Origin: an uncultured Porphyromonadaceae bacterium
GTDB lineage: Bacteria > Bacteroidota > Bacteroidia > Bacteroidales > Muribaculaceae
Length of the DNA stretch: 64,000 bases
Assembly (NCBI GenBank): GCA_902472485.1
Contig: CABROH010000002.1
Span: 14,871 to 78,870 of the forward strand
Reading direction: 5' to 3'
This document shows positions 41,236 to 52,096 of the stretch, piece after piece. A model generated the notes under the pieces. It made no database searches. It saw nothing but the letters and a program-made list of their open reading frames with translations, and was not told the origin of the DNA. Each line of letters opens with the position of its first letter. Position 1 is the stretch's first letter. The position numbers and the translations under genes were made by a program.

Positions 41236-41302
41236 CAAAATGACACTTGGATTTATAAAACGAACCGATCATTGTTGAATTACAAAATTCCGTTAACGAG
41301 GA

Positions 41303-42409
41303 ATGAAAATAGCTGTTTTGATTTCGGGAGGCGTTGACAGTGCCGTAGCCGTCCACAAGCTTCTGGAAGAAGGTCACGAGCTCCATTTGTTTTACATCCG
41401 CATCGGTCTTGACACCGATGAAGGCGACTGTTCCGCCGAAGAAGATATAGAGATGTGCCGGTTTATCGCCCGGAAATATGCGTTGCCGTTTGAAGTGGTT
41501 TCGCTGCATCAGGAATATTGGGACAACGTGATGGAATATGCCTTACGCACCGTCAGAGAAGGATTGACACCCAATCCCGACATCATGTGCAACAAGATGA
41601 TAAAGTTCGGATTCTTTGAAAAGCGATGGGGACATGAGTTTGACAGGACGGCGACCGGACACTATGCCACGACATTGGAACATGATGGACTCATATACCT
41701 TGGCACGGCTGCCGATCCGGTAAAAGACCAGACCGATTTTCTGGCCCGGATAAACTACAACCAGCTGAAACATCTGATATTCCCTATCGGCGACTTGCCA
41801 AAATCAAAAGTTAGGGAGATCGCCATCGCGACAGCCATGCCTAATGCCTATCGCCACGACAGTCAAGGGATCTGTTTTTTGGGGAAAATAAACTATAACG
41901 ATTTCATACGCCGGCATCTTGGCGAACGTCCCGGTGCGATTGTCGACATCGCTACCGGACGTAAACTCGGCGAGCACCGTGGATTCTGGTTTCACACTAT
42001 CGGCCAGCGTAAAGGCCTCGGATTAAGCGGAGGCCCCTGGTATGTCGTGAAAAAAAACGTATCTGACAATGTGATTTACGTGTCAAACGGCTATGGAACC
42101 GAGAAGCAATACGGCCGAACGCTGCATCTCGACGAAATGCATTGGATCACACGCGATCCGTGGCCTGACAATTGTAACCGGATTCCCATAAAATTTAAAA
42201 ACCGCCATTCACCCGACTTTATACCCGGCATGCTTACCCGTCTGGCTGATCAAGAATATCTGATCGAGAGTGAGCGTAAGGTGCAAGGCATAGCTCCGGG
42301 ACAGTTTGCCGTGATATACGACCGCGACAACCGCATCTGTTTTGGCAGCGGAATCATCACGGGTCGCGACATTGAAAATGAAAAATCAAACGTAATCTCA
42401 TATGAATGA
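41303..42409 (+). CDS. mnmA: tRNA 2-thiouridine(34) synthase
   Basis: SGGVDS, TPNPDIMCN..IKFG, ATGHYA, KDQTDFL, DSQGICFLG, TIGQRKGL, PGQFAV. Confidence 0.96.
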   Translation: MKIAVLISGGVDSAVAVHKLLEEGHELHLFYIRIGLDTDEGDCSAEEDIEMCRFIARKYALPFEVVSLHQEYWDNVMEYALRTVREGLTPNPDIMCNKMIKFGFFEKRWGHEFDRTATGHYATTLEHDGLIYLGTAADPVKDQTDFLARINYNQLKHLIFPIGDLPKSKVREIAIATAMPNAYRHDSQGICFLGKINYNDFIRRHLGERPGAIVDIATGRKLGEHRGFWFHTIGQRKGLGLSGGPWYVVKKNVSDNVIYVSNGYGTEKQYGRTLHLDEMHWITRDPWPDNCNRIPIKFKNRHSPDFIPGMLTRLADQEYLIESERKVQGIAPGQFAVIYDRDNRICFGSGIITGRDIENEKSNVISYE

Positions 42410-43037
42410 ACGTATACGTCTGAAAGTGCTCGGTCTTTCCTACTCGCAGATCCAATCCGGAGCCTACGCCCTTATATTGGCACAGATTGGCGGTCCGCAC
42501 CGCATTCCGGTAGTGATCGGCGCCGCCGAAGCTCAGTCGATCGCCTTGCGCATGGAAAGCATCACCCCGCCACGCCCGATGACCCACGATCTCTTTGTCA
42601 GTTTTGCCCATGCTTTCGGCGTGAAGTTGAAAGAGGTGTTCATATATCGATTTGAAGATGGTATTTTTTCTTCCGAACTGACATTCACCGACGGAGAACG
42701 CACCGTAAAAATAGACTCACGCACCAGTGACGCTATTGCAATCGCCATGCGAACCGGCTCGCCGATCTTCACCACACGCGAGATCATCGAAGAAACCGGA
42801 TTCCTTATGGAACAGCAATCGGAAGATGCCGACGACGATGAAGCGGCTGCGGCAGGTGCCCCGGAATATGTCGAAGATGACACCACAAATGATGCAAATA
42901 TGTCCGACGGACCAAAGCTCGAAAACTACACCGTCGAAGAACTTGAACGCACTCTCGCCCGCCTCATCAAACAGGAGAACTATGAAGACGCAGCACGAGT
43001 CAATGAAATCCTTAAACGAAAGAAAAACAAATCATAA
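42402..43037 (+). CDS. Bifunctional nuclease (DUF151) family protein with C-terminal UVR domain
   Basis: IPVVIG..EAQSIA, PRPMTHDL, DSRTSDAIAIA, ENYEDAA. Confidence 0.92.
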   Translation: MNERIRLKVLGLSYSQIQSGAYALILAQIGGPHRIPVVIGAAEAQSIALRMESITPPRPMTHDLFVSFAHAFGVKLKEVFIYRFEDGIFSSELTFTDGERTVKIDSRTSDAIAIAMRTGSPIFTTREIIEETGFLMEQQSEDADDDEAAAAGAPEYVEDDTTNDANMSDGPKLENYTVEELERTLARLIKQENYEDAARVNEILKRKKNKS

Positions 43038-43048
43038 CATCACATATC

Positions 43049-44434
43049 ATGTCTTCAATAAAAACAAAGCTGGCGGTGATGAACTTTCTGGAGTTCGCCG
43101 TCTGGGGAGCTTATCTTACCTGCATGGGCAACTATCTCGGCAAAGCCGGAATGGGCGATGAAATCGCGTGGTTCTATGCCATCCAGGGAATAGTATCCAT
43201 TTTCATGCCGACTATAATGGGCATTATTGCCGATAAATTCGTTCAGCCGCAACGTCTGCTTGGCATTTGCCATTTTCTTGCCGGCGCCGCAATGATTGCG
43301 CTGTGTGTAATCGGCCTGCAGGATGCGCAACCCGACAAAGCGCTGTTTATAGGCATCTACACATTCAGTGTGGCATTCTATATGCCCACACTGGCCTTGT
43401 CCAATACCACAGCTTTCACGATCCTTCGCGACAAAGGATATGACACTGTAAAGGACTTCCCTCCTATACGCGTGCTCGGCACCATAGGCTTCATCGTGAC
43501 AATGTGGCTCGTCAACTGCATGACATGGCAAAATGGCCGGCTCGGATTTACACTCGAGCCAAACGATTACAAGTTTCAATACACATGCATGCAATTTCTG
43601 GTGTCAGGCATCCTCAGCCTTGTGCTTTTCGCCTATTGCTTCACTCTTCCTCAATGCAAACTGATAAAGAAAACAAAGCAGTCACTCTCCGAGCAATTCG
43701 GACTTAATGCGTTCAAGCTTTTAAAACAGCGTCGCATGGCAATGTTCTTTATATTTTCCATGCTGTTGGGCATGTCGTTGCAGATTACCAATGGCTTTGC
43801 CGGTCCATTCCTGACAAGTTTCAAAGGCAGTGGCATTGCTGAAATAGCGGAAAGCTTTGCCGCCAACAACGCCACCATGCTCGTTTCGATATCGCAGATC
43901 AGCGAAGCACTTTGCATCCTTCTCATCCCGTTCTTTCTCAAACGATTCGGCATAAAGACTGTAATGCTCATGGCTATGTCGGCATGGGTGCTCCGATTCG
44001 GGCTTTTCGGCGTCGGCAGCCCGACATTTCCCGGAGTCATACTCTTCTTCCTCTCCTGCATTGTCTACGGTGTGGCCTTCGACTTCTTCAATGTGTCGGG
44101 AGGATTGTATGTCGACAAAGAATGCGACCAGTCGATCAAGGCTTCGGCGCAAGGCTTATTTATGCTTATGACCAACGGACTCGGCGCTACAATCGGCACT
44201 TTGTCGGCAGGAGCGATAGTCAACCATTATTGTCACTGGGAAAGCCTGGGGGAAAACAATTATCTTGTAGGCGACTGGGAAACAACATGGCTGATCTTCG
44301 CAGCTTACGCTCTCGCTGTGGCCGTATTGTTCTTCCTGCTTTTTAAGGACAACAAGACCAAGACTCCCGACGGATTGTCCTCGGCGGAGGATACCGGCAA
44401 CGAACCCGACGGATACATCAACGCCAAAGTCTGA
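43049..44434 (+). CDS. Nucleoside:H+ symporter (NupG-like MFS)
   Basis: MNFLEFAVWGAY, FYMPTLAL.N, FPPIRV.GTIGF, SQISE, YGVAFDFF, AQGLF..MTNG.G. Confidence 0.92.
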   Translation: MSSIKTKLAVMNFLEFAVWGAYLTCMGNYLGKAGMGDEIAWFYAIQGIVSIFMPTIMGIIADKFVQPQRLLGICHFLAGAAMIALCVIGLQDAQPDKALFIGIYTFSVAFYMPTLALSNTTAFTILRDKGYDTVKDFPPIRVLGTIGFIVTMWLVNCMTWQNGRLGFTLEPNDYKFQYTCMQFLVSGILSLVLFAYCFTLPQCKLIKKTKQSLSEQFGLNAFKLLKQRRMAMFFIFSMLLGMSLQITNGFAGPFLTSFKGSGIAEIAESFAANNATMLVSISQISEALCILLIPFFLKRFGIKTVMLMAMSAWVLRFGLFGVGSPTFPGVILFFLSCIVYGVAFDFFNVSGGLYVDKECDQSIKASAQGLFMLMTNGLGATIGTLSAGAIVNHYCHWESLGENNYLVGDWETTWLIFAAYALAVAVLFFLLFKDNKTKTPDGLSSAEDTGNEPDGYINAKV

Positions 44435-44442
44435 GCCAGGAT

Positions 44443-45222
44443 ATGATTCAGTTTTATGCGCCTGATATCGAGCGGACACTTACTCTTCCGGAAAGTGACT
44501 CGCAACATTGCGTGCGGGTTTTAAGAATGCGAGCCGGCGACGAAGTGGAAGTTATTGACGGCCGTGGACACCGTTTTCGCTGCTCACTTGTCGACGCCCA
44601 TTCAAAGCATGCCGCCGTGGAAATTCTGGAACGCAGCGATATGCCCCTGGGGTGGACTCAGCAGATCACTGTCGCCGTTGCTCCGACAAAACATCTCGAC
44701 AGGATAGAATGGATGGTGGAAAAGCTCACCGAAATAGGCGTGAACCGCATCATACCGCTATTGTGCCGCCACTCGGAACGCAAAGAGATAAAAGTCGAGC
44801 GATTGCAGAAAATAGCCGTTTCCGCCATGAAGCAAAGCCTGAAAGCCGTGTTGCCTCAAATCGACGAAATGACACCAATACGCAACGTCATTCCTCAGCT
44901 AAAAGGTGCGCAACGCTTCGTTGCCTATTGTGATGATACCGTGCCGCGCGTCAGTCTGGCCCGCAGCTACCGGCCATATGGCGATGCCGCTGTCATGATC
45001 GGTCCGGAAGGTGATTTTTCGCCCGAAGAAATATCTGAAGCCATCCAAGAAGGCTGGAAGCCTGTGACGCTCGGCGACAACCGTCTTCGCACCGAAACAG
45101 CCGCCATCGTAGGCTGCGATACATTTCATATTCTTGATCAGGCTCATACCCCGGTAAGCACTGACACGAATCAACCCGTGACGTCGGCTATTCAAACCGA
45201 CACCAACGATACTCATCCCTGA
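44443..45222 (+). CDS. rsmE: 16S rRNA m3U1498 methyltransferase
   Basis: H..RVLR, EKLTEIG, A.KQS, IGPEGDFS, LG..RLRTETA. Confidence 0.96.
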   Translation: MIQFYAPDIERTLTLPESDSQHCVRVLRMRAGDEVEVIDGRGHRFRCSLVDAHSKHAAVEILERSDMPLGWTQQITVAVAPTKHLDRIEWMVEKLTEIGVNRIIPLLCRHSERKEIKVERLQKIAVSAMKQSLKAVLPQIDEMTPIRNVIPQLKGAQRFVAYCDDTVPRVSLARSYRPYGDAAVMIGPEGDFSPEEISEAIQEGWKPVTLGDNRLRTETAAIVGCDTFHILDQAHTPVSTDTNQPVTSAIQTDTNDTHP

Positions 45223-45239
45223 CAAAAAACAATCACACA

Positions 45240-46052
45240 ATGGAACAGATAATCAAGACCCTGACACCCTCCGATTCATTCTTCCTCCTCGCAGGACCAT
45301 GCGTGATCGAAGGAGAGAAGATGGCAATGGATATTGCCGAAAACATAGTAAAAACCACAGAAACACTTGGAATACCCTACATATTCAAGGGGTCATACCG
45401 CAAAGCGAACCGGTCTCGCATCGATTCATTCACCGGCATTGGCGATCTCGAGGCTCTGACGGTGCTCCGAAAAGTGCGCGAAACATTCGGATGTCCGGTT
45501 GTAACCGACATACATTCGGCCGAAGAGGCAAAGATGGCTGCTGAATTCGTCGACGTTCTGCAGATCCCGGCCTTTCTGTGCCGACAGACCGACCTGCTGA
45601 TCGCCGCCGCTCGCACCGGCAAAACTGTCAACATCAAAAAAGGCCAGTTTTTGTCGCCTGAAGCCATGCAGTTTGCCGTACAGAAAGTGCGTGACGCAGG
45701 CAATAACAATGTGGCTGTGACCGAACGGGGAGCAAGCTTCGGTTATCAGGACCTCATTGTCGACTATCGCGGAATTCCAGAAATGCAACGCTTCGGATGC
45801 CCCGTAATTCTCGACGCCACCCACTCATTACAACAGCCCAACCAGCCCAAAGGCGTAACAGGCGGCCGACCGGATTTGATTGAAACAATTGCCCGAGCCG
45901 GCATTGCAGTCGGTGCCGACGGTCTTTTCATCGAAACCCATCCTGACCCGGCTACAGCCAAAAGCGACGGTGCAAACATGCTCCCGCTGCACGAACTGCA
46001 CGAACTGCTTCGCCGACTGAAAGCGATTAGAGAAACAATTGCCCGCTTCTGA
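45240..46052 (+). CDS. kdsA: KDO8P synthase
   Basis: AGPCVIE, KANRS, QIPAFLCRQTDL, NIKKGQF, DATHSLQ, ETHPDP..A.SDG. Confidence 0.97.
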   Translation: MEQIIKTLTPSDSFFLLAGPCVIEGEKMAMDIAENIVKTTETLGIPYIFKGSYRKANRSRIDSFTGIGDLEALTVLRKVRETFGCPVVTDIHSAEEAKMAAEFVDVLQIPAFLCRQTDLLIAAARTGKTVNIKKGQFLSPEAMQFAVQKVRDAGNNNVAVTERGASFGYQDLIVDYRGIPEMQRFGCPVILDATHSLQQPNQPKGVTGGRPDLIETIARAGIAVGADGLFIETHPDPATAKSDGANMLPLHELHELLRRLKAIRETIARF

Positions 46053-46062
46053 CCGACCGACT

Positions 46063-47634
46063 ATGATACGCAGGCTGTTGATCATATTTTATGCTACGGC
46101 ATTTATTGTCGCAGGCTGTTCGTGTGAATCTCCGAGAATCAACGAACATTCCGCCGCCAACAAAAGAATATTGCAACTGCTTGATGACGAAATTGACAAC
46201 CGACAAAACTACATCGACATCCGGCAGCACACGATCGACTCACTGCGCAAAGTGATAGCCCGGCATTCTGACGACACCAAGACTCTTGGGACTCTTGCTT
46301 CCGTATACACTTCATTCAATAACGATTCTGCGCTGGCGGTCTATGACCGCGCATATAATATCGCCAAGACAAACGGACTCGATTCGACAGCAATGCGTTT
46401 CCGCATAAACCGTGCTTCCCTGCTCCCTCTTGCAGGATTCATTAATGAAGCAATCAATGAATACACCTCATTGAACGCCGATTCCATGTCGGTTGACGAC
46501 CGGATCAACTACTACACCAACGGGCGCCAGATGTATTCGTTCATCAGTGCCTATTACCACAGATTTCCTGAAGCGAGAAAGCACTATCTCGTCCTTTCGC
46601 TTGATGCTCAGCGCCGATTGCTTGAATTGCTTCCGCATGAATCGATCGACTATCAGCTCAATAAGGCCGAGTATTGTTATCTCACAAAAGATTATGCATT
46701 AAGCGAGGCAATGCTGCACAATCTTATCGCCGAGCTTGACCCGGACGACAACAGATATGCCCGTGCAACACATATCCTTGCCGACATAAATCACGTGCGC
46801 AACGACAACGATGGCGTGACACGTTATCTTGCACTTTCGGCCATTTCCGACATCCGCAATGCCACACGCGAAGTGACTTCACTGCAGGAGCTTGGTCAGA
46901 AAATGTTTGAACAGGATGATATTGTCCGCGCACACGATTATCTCTACACGGCTCTCCGCAACGCCGTGGAATGCAATGCCGAAACACGTATGATACAAGT
47001 TGCCGAGGCAATGCCGCTCATCGAAACCGTTCACCAGAAAGAGCTGTCATCATCGCGCCATCGTCTTTATCTTGTGATCGCGCTTATGGCGCTAAGCCTC
47101 GTGCTGCTGATAATCGTTCTGGCCGTACTAAGGATAAAAATGCGACAGATGCGGCAGCTTCAGATGCACTATCTTCAGGCTAATGCCACCAAAGAAGTGT
47201 ATATCAGCCAGTTTCTCAACCTCTGTTCAATATACATGAACAAACTGAAGCAATTTTGCAATATTGCCAACCGTAAGATCAGCACCGGCAAGGTTGATGA
47301 CCTATACCAACTCACCAAATCAGGCAAATTCATCGAGAATCAGTCGAAAGAATTTTACGAAATATTCGACAACGCATTCATACACATCTATCCTGGCTTT
47401 GTGGAGAGTGTCAATTCCTTGCTGCGTCCCGACGCTCAGATCACGCTCGGGCAAGGCGAACATCTCAACACGGATCTTCGCATTCTCGCATTCATGCGCC
47501 TCGGCATCTCCGACACCGCACGGATCGCACAGATTCTCAATTATAGCGTAAATACCATCTACGCCTACCGTAACCGATTGAAAGCACGTGCCATCAACCG
47601 GGAAACATTCGAAACTGACATTCAACGTTGCTGA
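46063..47634 (+). CDS. SusR-like (DUF6377) membrane-spanning transcriptional regulator
   Basis: Signal, helical TPR-like periplasmic region, LALSA..D, single TM, KEVYI..F...CS.Y, FD..F...YP.FV, LRI.A..RLGI.D...IA..L.YSVNTIY.YR HTH. Confidence 0.85.
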   Translation: MIRRLLIIFYATAFIVAGCSCESPRINEHSAANKRILQLLDDEIDNRQNYIDIRQHTIDSLRKVIARHSDDTKTLGTLASVYTSFNNDSALAVYDRAYNIAKTNGLDSTAMRFRINRASLLPLAGFINEAINEYTSLNADSMSVDDRINYYTNGRQMYSFISAYYHRFPEARKHYLVLSLDAQRRLLELLPHESIDYQLNKAEYCYLTKDYALSEAMLHNLIAELDPDDNRYARATHILADINHVRNDNDGVTRYLALSAISDIRNATREVTSLQELGQKMFEQDDIVRAHDYLYTALRNAVECNAETRMIQVAEAMPLIETVHQKELSSSRHRLYLVIALMALSLVLLIIVLAVLRIKMRQMRQLQMHYLQANATKEVYISQFLNLCSIYMNKLKQFCNIANRKISTGKVDDLYQLTKSGKFIENQSKEFYEIFDNAFIHIYPGFVESVNSLLRPDAQITLGQGEHLNTDLRILAFMRLGISDTARIAQILNYSVNTIYAYRNRLKARAINRETFETDIQRC

Positions 47635-47653
47635 ATGCCGCGAAACATACCTG

Positions 47654-48175
47654 TCAAGGCAGAAGCAATTGCATCAGATAGGCGTCGGAATATGATGTCG
47701 ATGTCACACGAATCCATGAGCGCAGACGTCCCGTGACAACGAATCCGGCTGTTTCAAACAACTTTCTCGAAGCAATGTTTGACGCGGATGCCGTTGCCCA
47801 AAGCTGATGAAGACCCAATTCAAAACGGCAATAACCAGCAATGAGCCTGAGGGCACGCGACGCAAATCCCGAGCGTCGCTGCCGAGGTATTATGAATATA
47901 CCGACCTCCGCTCTACGATTTTTCGTGTCGATATCCGACAAGTCGATAGTGCCTATAGTTTCACCGGATTCCGCTTCGGCTATCATGAAACGAACCTGCC
48001 CTTCCGATAGCGGATCGGCCGAATAGCTGTCGACATATTGCCAAAGTTGATGGCGCGAGAGCGGAGCCCGCGTGCGGCCGTGGAGCCACAGCGAACGATC
48101 GTTCTCCCATAGATAGAGCGCGTCGACATCGGATGGTTCCGGAGCCCGCAATATGATTTTCCCGTCAGTGATCAT
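47654..48175 (-). CDS. GNAT family N-acetyltransferase (RimJ/SpeG-like)
   Basis: LRAPEP.D...LY.WEND, IGTIDL, RAEVG, R..GFA, LHQL, N..S..LF...GF. Confidence 0.9.
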   Translation of the reverse strand: MITDGKIILRAPEPSDVDALYLWENDRSLWLHGRTRAPLSRHQLWQYVDSYSADPLSEGQVRFMIAEAESGETIGTIDLSDIDTKNRRAEVGIFIIPRQRRSGFASRALRLIAGYCRFELGLHQLWATASASNIASRKLFETAGFVVTGRLRSWIRVTSTSYSDAYLMQLLLP

Positions 48176-48801
48176 TGCTGAAAGCTATCGGTGAACAGAG
48201 TGCGATGCAGAAGCGAGCGCCCCAGTGTGAGTTCGTCGGTATATTCGAGATCATTCCCTACGGCCACGCCGCGCGCGAGCTGGGTTATCTTCACATCGGG
48301 AAACGCAGCCAACTTCCGGAAGATATAGAAATTGGTGGTGTCGCCTTCCATCGTTGCTCCGAGCGCGAGAATCACTTCTTTGACCGTCCCGTCGGCAACA
48401 CGTTTCACCAGACTGTCGATCTGAAGCATATCGGGACCGATACCCTCCATAGGTGAAATAACACCCCCGAGCACGTGATAGACACCCGCATACTGTCGTG
48501 TGCGTTCGATACTCATCACATCATTTACATTCTCGACAACGCACACTGTCGAGTGATCGCGCTGCAGCGAAGAACAGACCGGACACACCTCGGATTCCGA
48601 GATATTATGACAAACGCTACAATAACGGATATCACGGCGCAGACTGATTATCGATTCTCCAAGCGACACGCTCTCGTCCTCAGGACGGCGCAACAGATGA
48701 AGCGCAAGTCGCAAGGCGGTCTTACGGCCAATGCCAGGCAGGCGTGACAGCTCGGTGACAGCGGTTTCGAGAAGTTGAGATGCAAATTGTTCGTCAACCA
48801 T
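48172..48801 (-). CDS. recR: Recombination mediator RecR
   Basis: [13 protein letters not shown]4 zinc finger, CVVE, YHVLGG.ISP, EG..T, A.GV.VG. Confidence 0.98.
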   Translation of the reverse strand: MVDEQFASQLLETAVTELSRLPGIGRKTALRLALHLLRRPEDESVSLGESIISLRRDIRYCSVCHNISESEVCPVCSSLQRDHSTVCVVENVNDVMSIERTRQYAGVYHVLGGVISPMEGIGPDMLQIDSLVKRVADGTVKEVILALGATMEGDTTNFYIFRKLAAFPDVKITQLARGVAVGNDLEYTDELTLGRSLLHRTLFTDSFQQ

Positions 48802-48818
48802 CCGTCAATCATTCATAT

Positions 48819-50828
48819 TCATTTCGAAAGAGTGGAATAGTCGCGGCCGTAGCGCAACATCTGATCGACATAGCCTTCGGTATAGTTGACCTTCACATCC
48901 GTAATCTCTCCGGTTTCCGGATTGATGACCGGTTCATAGACCGGATTGACAAACCCCTTGTAGGGAGCGATCGATAGCGTAGCATAACGGTCAAGCACCT
49001 GCCTGTGAAGCTTCGGGTCGACCTTAACGGCATATGTTTCAACGAGCCTTCGTCCGGCTTCATAGTCGCCTTCGCTCTTGATGCGTTGTATCTCGCCGAG
49101 AAGTTCGCCGAAAAGTTCACGCAGACGGGGATAGTCATTTATCCTTATGTATGTCTTGCCATCAAGTTCATAAAGTTCAATCACTTTGTCTGCCGCACCC
49201 TTCTCAAGCGCCCACTGTGATATCAGTTTACGGTTCCGCATGTGTGCTTCCTCAATGTCTTTACCCGGTTCTATGCGCATGAGCTGCGTCATAAGTCCGT
49301 TCAATATATAATGATAATACTGTGCCTTATATGCTTCGGGGCTGTCGATCAGTCCGAGTTCGATAAGTTTAGGATCGGCAAGATAATAAAGGGCAAAGAG
49401 GTCGGCGCGGGCTTCCTCCAGGGTTGAGCCATGTGCCTTTAGGGCGTCGGGGTCGACACCCGGCAATAGTCGGCCTGAAGCATGGCCAAGACATTCGTGC
49501 AGATCCGTATGCAGATTATCCGTAATGAAGAGATATTTATCCATAAGTTCACGCATATCGGAATCGGGCACAAACTCTTCGTTGAATCCATTGCCATGCG
49601 AGGCTTCATCATAGGCTTGCGTTATATTTTCGATAGTCACCGATTTGGATCCGTGGGCGGCACGAATCCAGTTGGCATTAGGAAGATTGATTCCTATTGG
49701 GGTTGAAGGATAGGAATCACCCGCGAGGATGGCGGCAGTGATCACTTTTGCAGTCACACCTTTCACTTTATCCTTGCGGAAACGCGGATCGACAGGAGAG
49801 TGCGATTCAAACCATTGGGCATTTGAGCTTATAGTTTCGGTACGATGAGAGGCATCGTTATTCTTAAAATTGACTATCGACTCCCAGTTTCCGGTCATTC
49901 CGAGTGGATCATCGTAACTTTCAATAAATCCGTTGATGAAATCGACCTGCGATCCTGTATCGCCGACCCAAAGAATGGAATATTCATCAAATGTCCGTAA
50001 ATCGCCGGTCGTATAATACTCTATCAGTTTTTCTATCACCTTGCGCTGCTCTTCGTTCTCGGCATACTGCTTGGCTTTGTTCAGATTGCTGACTATACGC
50101 TCTATGGCCGACGAATATAGTCCCCCTATCCTATATGGCTGCTCCACGACTTCGCCATCTATTTTAGCCACACGCGTATTTAAGCCATAGGATATCGGAT
50201 CTGCGACGGTCGTGTCTTTTCTGGCCGCATAATAAGCTTCCACTTCCGCCTGCGTCACTCCTTCATAGAGATTTGACGCCGAAGTAGCTATCAGATCGAC
50301 GCCATCCGCCTGATTTACCTTCTTGGCCATGAATGACGGATCGAATATCAATCGTTTGAGCGTATCGATATCTGCCGGCACCTTTGATGCCGGAAGCTTT
50401 GCCAAAAGGCTGTCAAAAAACTCACGGGTAAATTCCGGAGTAAACTTATCCATCGAGTAGTGGTGATGAATGCCGTTTCCAAACCACACTTGTTTCAGAT
50501 ATTTCTCAAAAGCGAGAAAATCCGATGAATTGCGGTCACCTTTATAAGATGTGTAGATGTCCTCAAGAAGATTGCGGAACTGCAGATTATATTTGCCGTT
50601 CTGATCCCAAAGGATATCTCGACCGGCAATCGCTGCCTCGGTTAAGTAATAGATGAGGCGCTTCTGGTCTAATGACAGTTTCTCGAAACCCGGCACTTTA
50701 TAGCGGAGCACCTGTATATCGGCGAATCTATCCACCAAATAATCGAAATCATTGTCTTTGGCCTGCATGGCATTGGCCGTTATGGCTGTTATGGCTATAC
50801 CCATTATTGTTTTACTGACGGTTTTCAT
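48819..50828 (-). CDS. Dipeptidyl peptidase III (M49)
   Basis: HECLGH zinc motif, EEARAD, GINLPN, EEAHMRNR; signal peptide from ATG 50828. Confidence 0.95.
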   Translation of the reverse strand: MKTVSKTIMGIAITAITANAMQAKDNDFDYLVDRFADIQVLRYKVPGFEKLSLDQKRLIYYLTEAAIAGRDILWDQNGKYNLQFRNLLEDIYTSYKGDRNSSDFLAFEKYLKQVWFGNGIHHHYSMDKFTPEFTREFFDSLLAKLPASKVPADIDTLKRLIFDPSFMAKKVNQADGVDLIATSASNLYEGVTQAEVEAYYAARKDTTVADPISYGLNTRVAKIDGEVVEQPYRIGGLYSSAIERIVSNLNKAKQYAENEEQRKVIEKLIEYYTTGDLRTFDEYSILWVGDTGSQVDFINGFIESYDDPLGMTGNWESIVNFKNNDASHRTETISSNAQWFESHSPVDPRFRKDKVKGVTAKVITAAILAGDSYPSTPIGINLPNANWIRAAHGSKSVTIENITQAYDEASHGNGFNEEFVPDSDMRELMDKYLFITDNLHTDLHECLGHASGRLLPGVDPDALKAHGSTLEEARADLFALYYLADPKLIELGLIDSPEAYKAQYYHYILNGLMTQLMRIEPGKDIEEAHMRNRKLISQWALEKGAADKVIELYELDGKTYIRINDYPRLRELFGELLGEIQRIKSEGDYEAGRRLVETYAVKVDPKLHRQVLDRYATLSIAPYKGFVNPVYEPVINPETGEITDVKVNYTEGYVDQMLRYGRDYSTLSK

Positions 50829-50868
50829 TTTTAACAAATTTATCCTGTGGATATAAATTGGGGGAAAA

Positions 50869-52056
50869 TTATTCAATATATAATACAAGTCCTTTCAGAT
50901 ACTCGCCCTCGGGATGGTATATATTGACCGGATGATCGGCCGGTTGTGTCAATTGGTGAAGAATTCTCACCCGGCGTCCGGTCTGTGCCGCCGCTGAAAA
51001 AACGGCAAGGCGGAACTGCTCTTTTGTAATTGCCTGCGAACACGAAAAAGTAAAAAGTACGCTGCCCGACGGCATTTTGGATATGGCGCGGGCATTGAGG
51101 CGCTGATACCCCCGCAACGCGTTTTTGATTGCGCTTCGGTGTTTGGCGAAAGCCGGGGGATCAAGAATCACAAGATCATAGAGTCCTTCGGGCATCTCGT
51201 CGAGATATCTAAAGGCATCCAGCGCAAAAGAACGATGAGGGGCATCCTGTCCGAAATTAAGTGCCACATTGGCATCGGTAAGCTGCACGGCTTTGGCCGA
51301 ACTGTCGACAGAATGCACCTCTACAGCACCGCCGCTGAGAGCATAGACCGAGAAACCGCCGGTATAACAGAACATATTGAGAACACGACGTCCTCGGGCG
51401 AACTGACGGAGCAATGACCGGTTGTCACGCTGGTCGACAAAGAACCCCGTTTTTTGTCCCTTAAGCCAGTCGACATGAAATTTTAATCCGTTCTCCAAAG
51501 CCACATTGGTATCATAAGCGCCGCGGATATAATCATTTTGCGGATCAAGAGCCGCCTTATAAGGCAATGTCGTTTCCGATTTGTAATAGACGTTTTTGAT
51601 GTCGAGTCCCGGGATTTCAAGAAGAGAATCGGCAATCATCATGCGCGCATAGTGCATACCGGGCGAATGAGCCTGCACGACAGCCGTCGATCCATATATA
51701 TCGACAACAAGACCGGGCAGGAAATCACCCTCACCGTGCACGAGTCTGAACGCATTATTATCCGGACGGATGAGGCCAAGCGAAGCCCTCAGCCTTACAG
51801 CCTCTTCAAGACGCGATCTGTAGAACCCGACATCGATGTCCATATCGCGGTCCGACAGCATTCTGACAGCGATCGACCCGATCTGATAATGCCCGACTCC
51901 AAGCTGAGTGCCATCGTCAGCCACCACACTAACCGTATCGCCTTCGTCGATTCCTTCATCAATATGGCGGATTGCGCCTGAGAATACCCAGGGATGAAAG
52001 CGACGAAGAGATTCCTCTTTGCCGCGAAAGAGTGATATCTTGGGATATTTCGACAT
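50869..52056 (-). CDS. RlmI-like class I SAM-dependent rRNA methyltransferase
   Basis: PUA HPWVF, GEGD.LPGL.VD, GQKTGFF.DQR, FCYTGGF, LDPPAF, FSCS, EGEYLKG. Confidence 0.93.
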   Translation of the reverse strand: MSKYPKISLFRGKEESLRRFHPWVFSGAIRHIDEGIDEGDTVSVVADDGTQLGVGHYQIGSIAVRMLSDRDMDIDVGFYRSRLEEAVRLRASLGLIRPDNNAFRLVHGEGDFLPGLVVDIYGSTAVVQAHSPGMHYARMMIADSLLEIPGLDIKNVYYKSETTLPYKAALDPQNDYIRGAYDTNVALENGLKFHVDWLKGQKTGFFVDQRDNRSLLRQFARGRRVLNMFCYTGGFSVYALSGGAVEVHSVDSSAKAVQLTDANVALNFGQDAPHRSFALDAFRYLDEMPEGLYDLVILDPPAFAKHRSAIKNALRGYQRLNARAISKMPSGSVLFTFSCSQAITKEQFRLAVFSAAAQTGRRVRILHQLTQPADHPVNIYHPEGEYLKGLVLYIE

Positions 52057-52096
52057 ATACTCTATGATGTGTTAAGTGACAGATATTTATAGCCAA

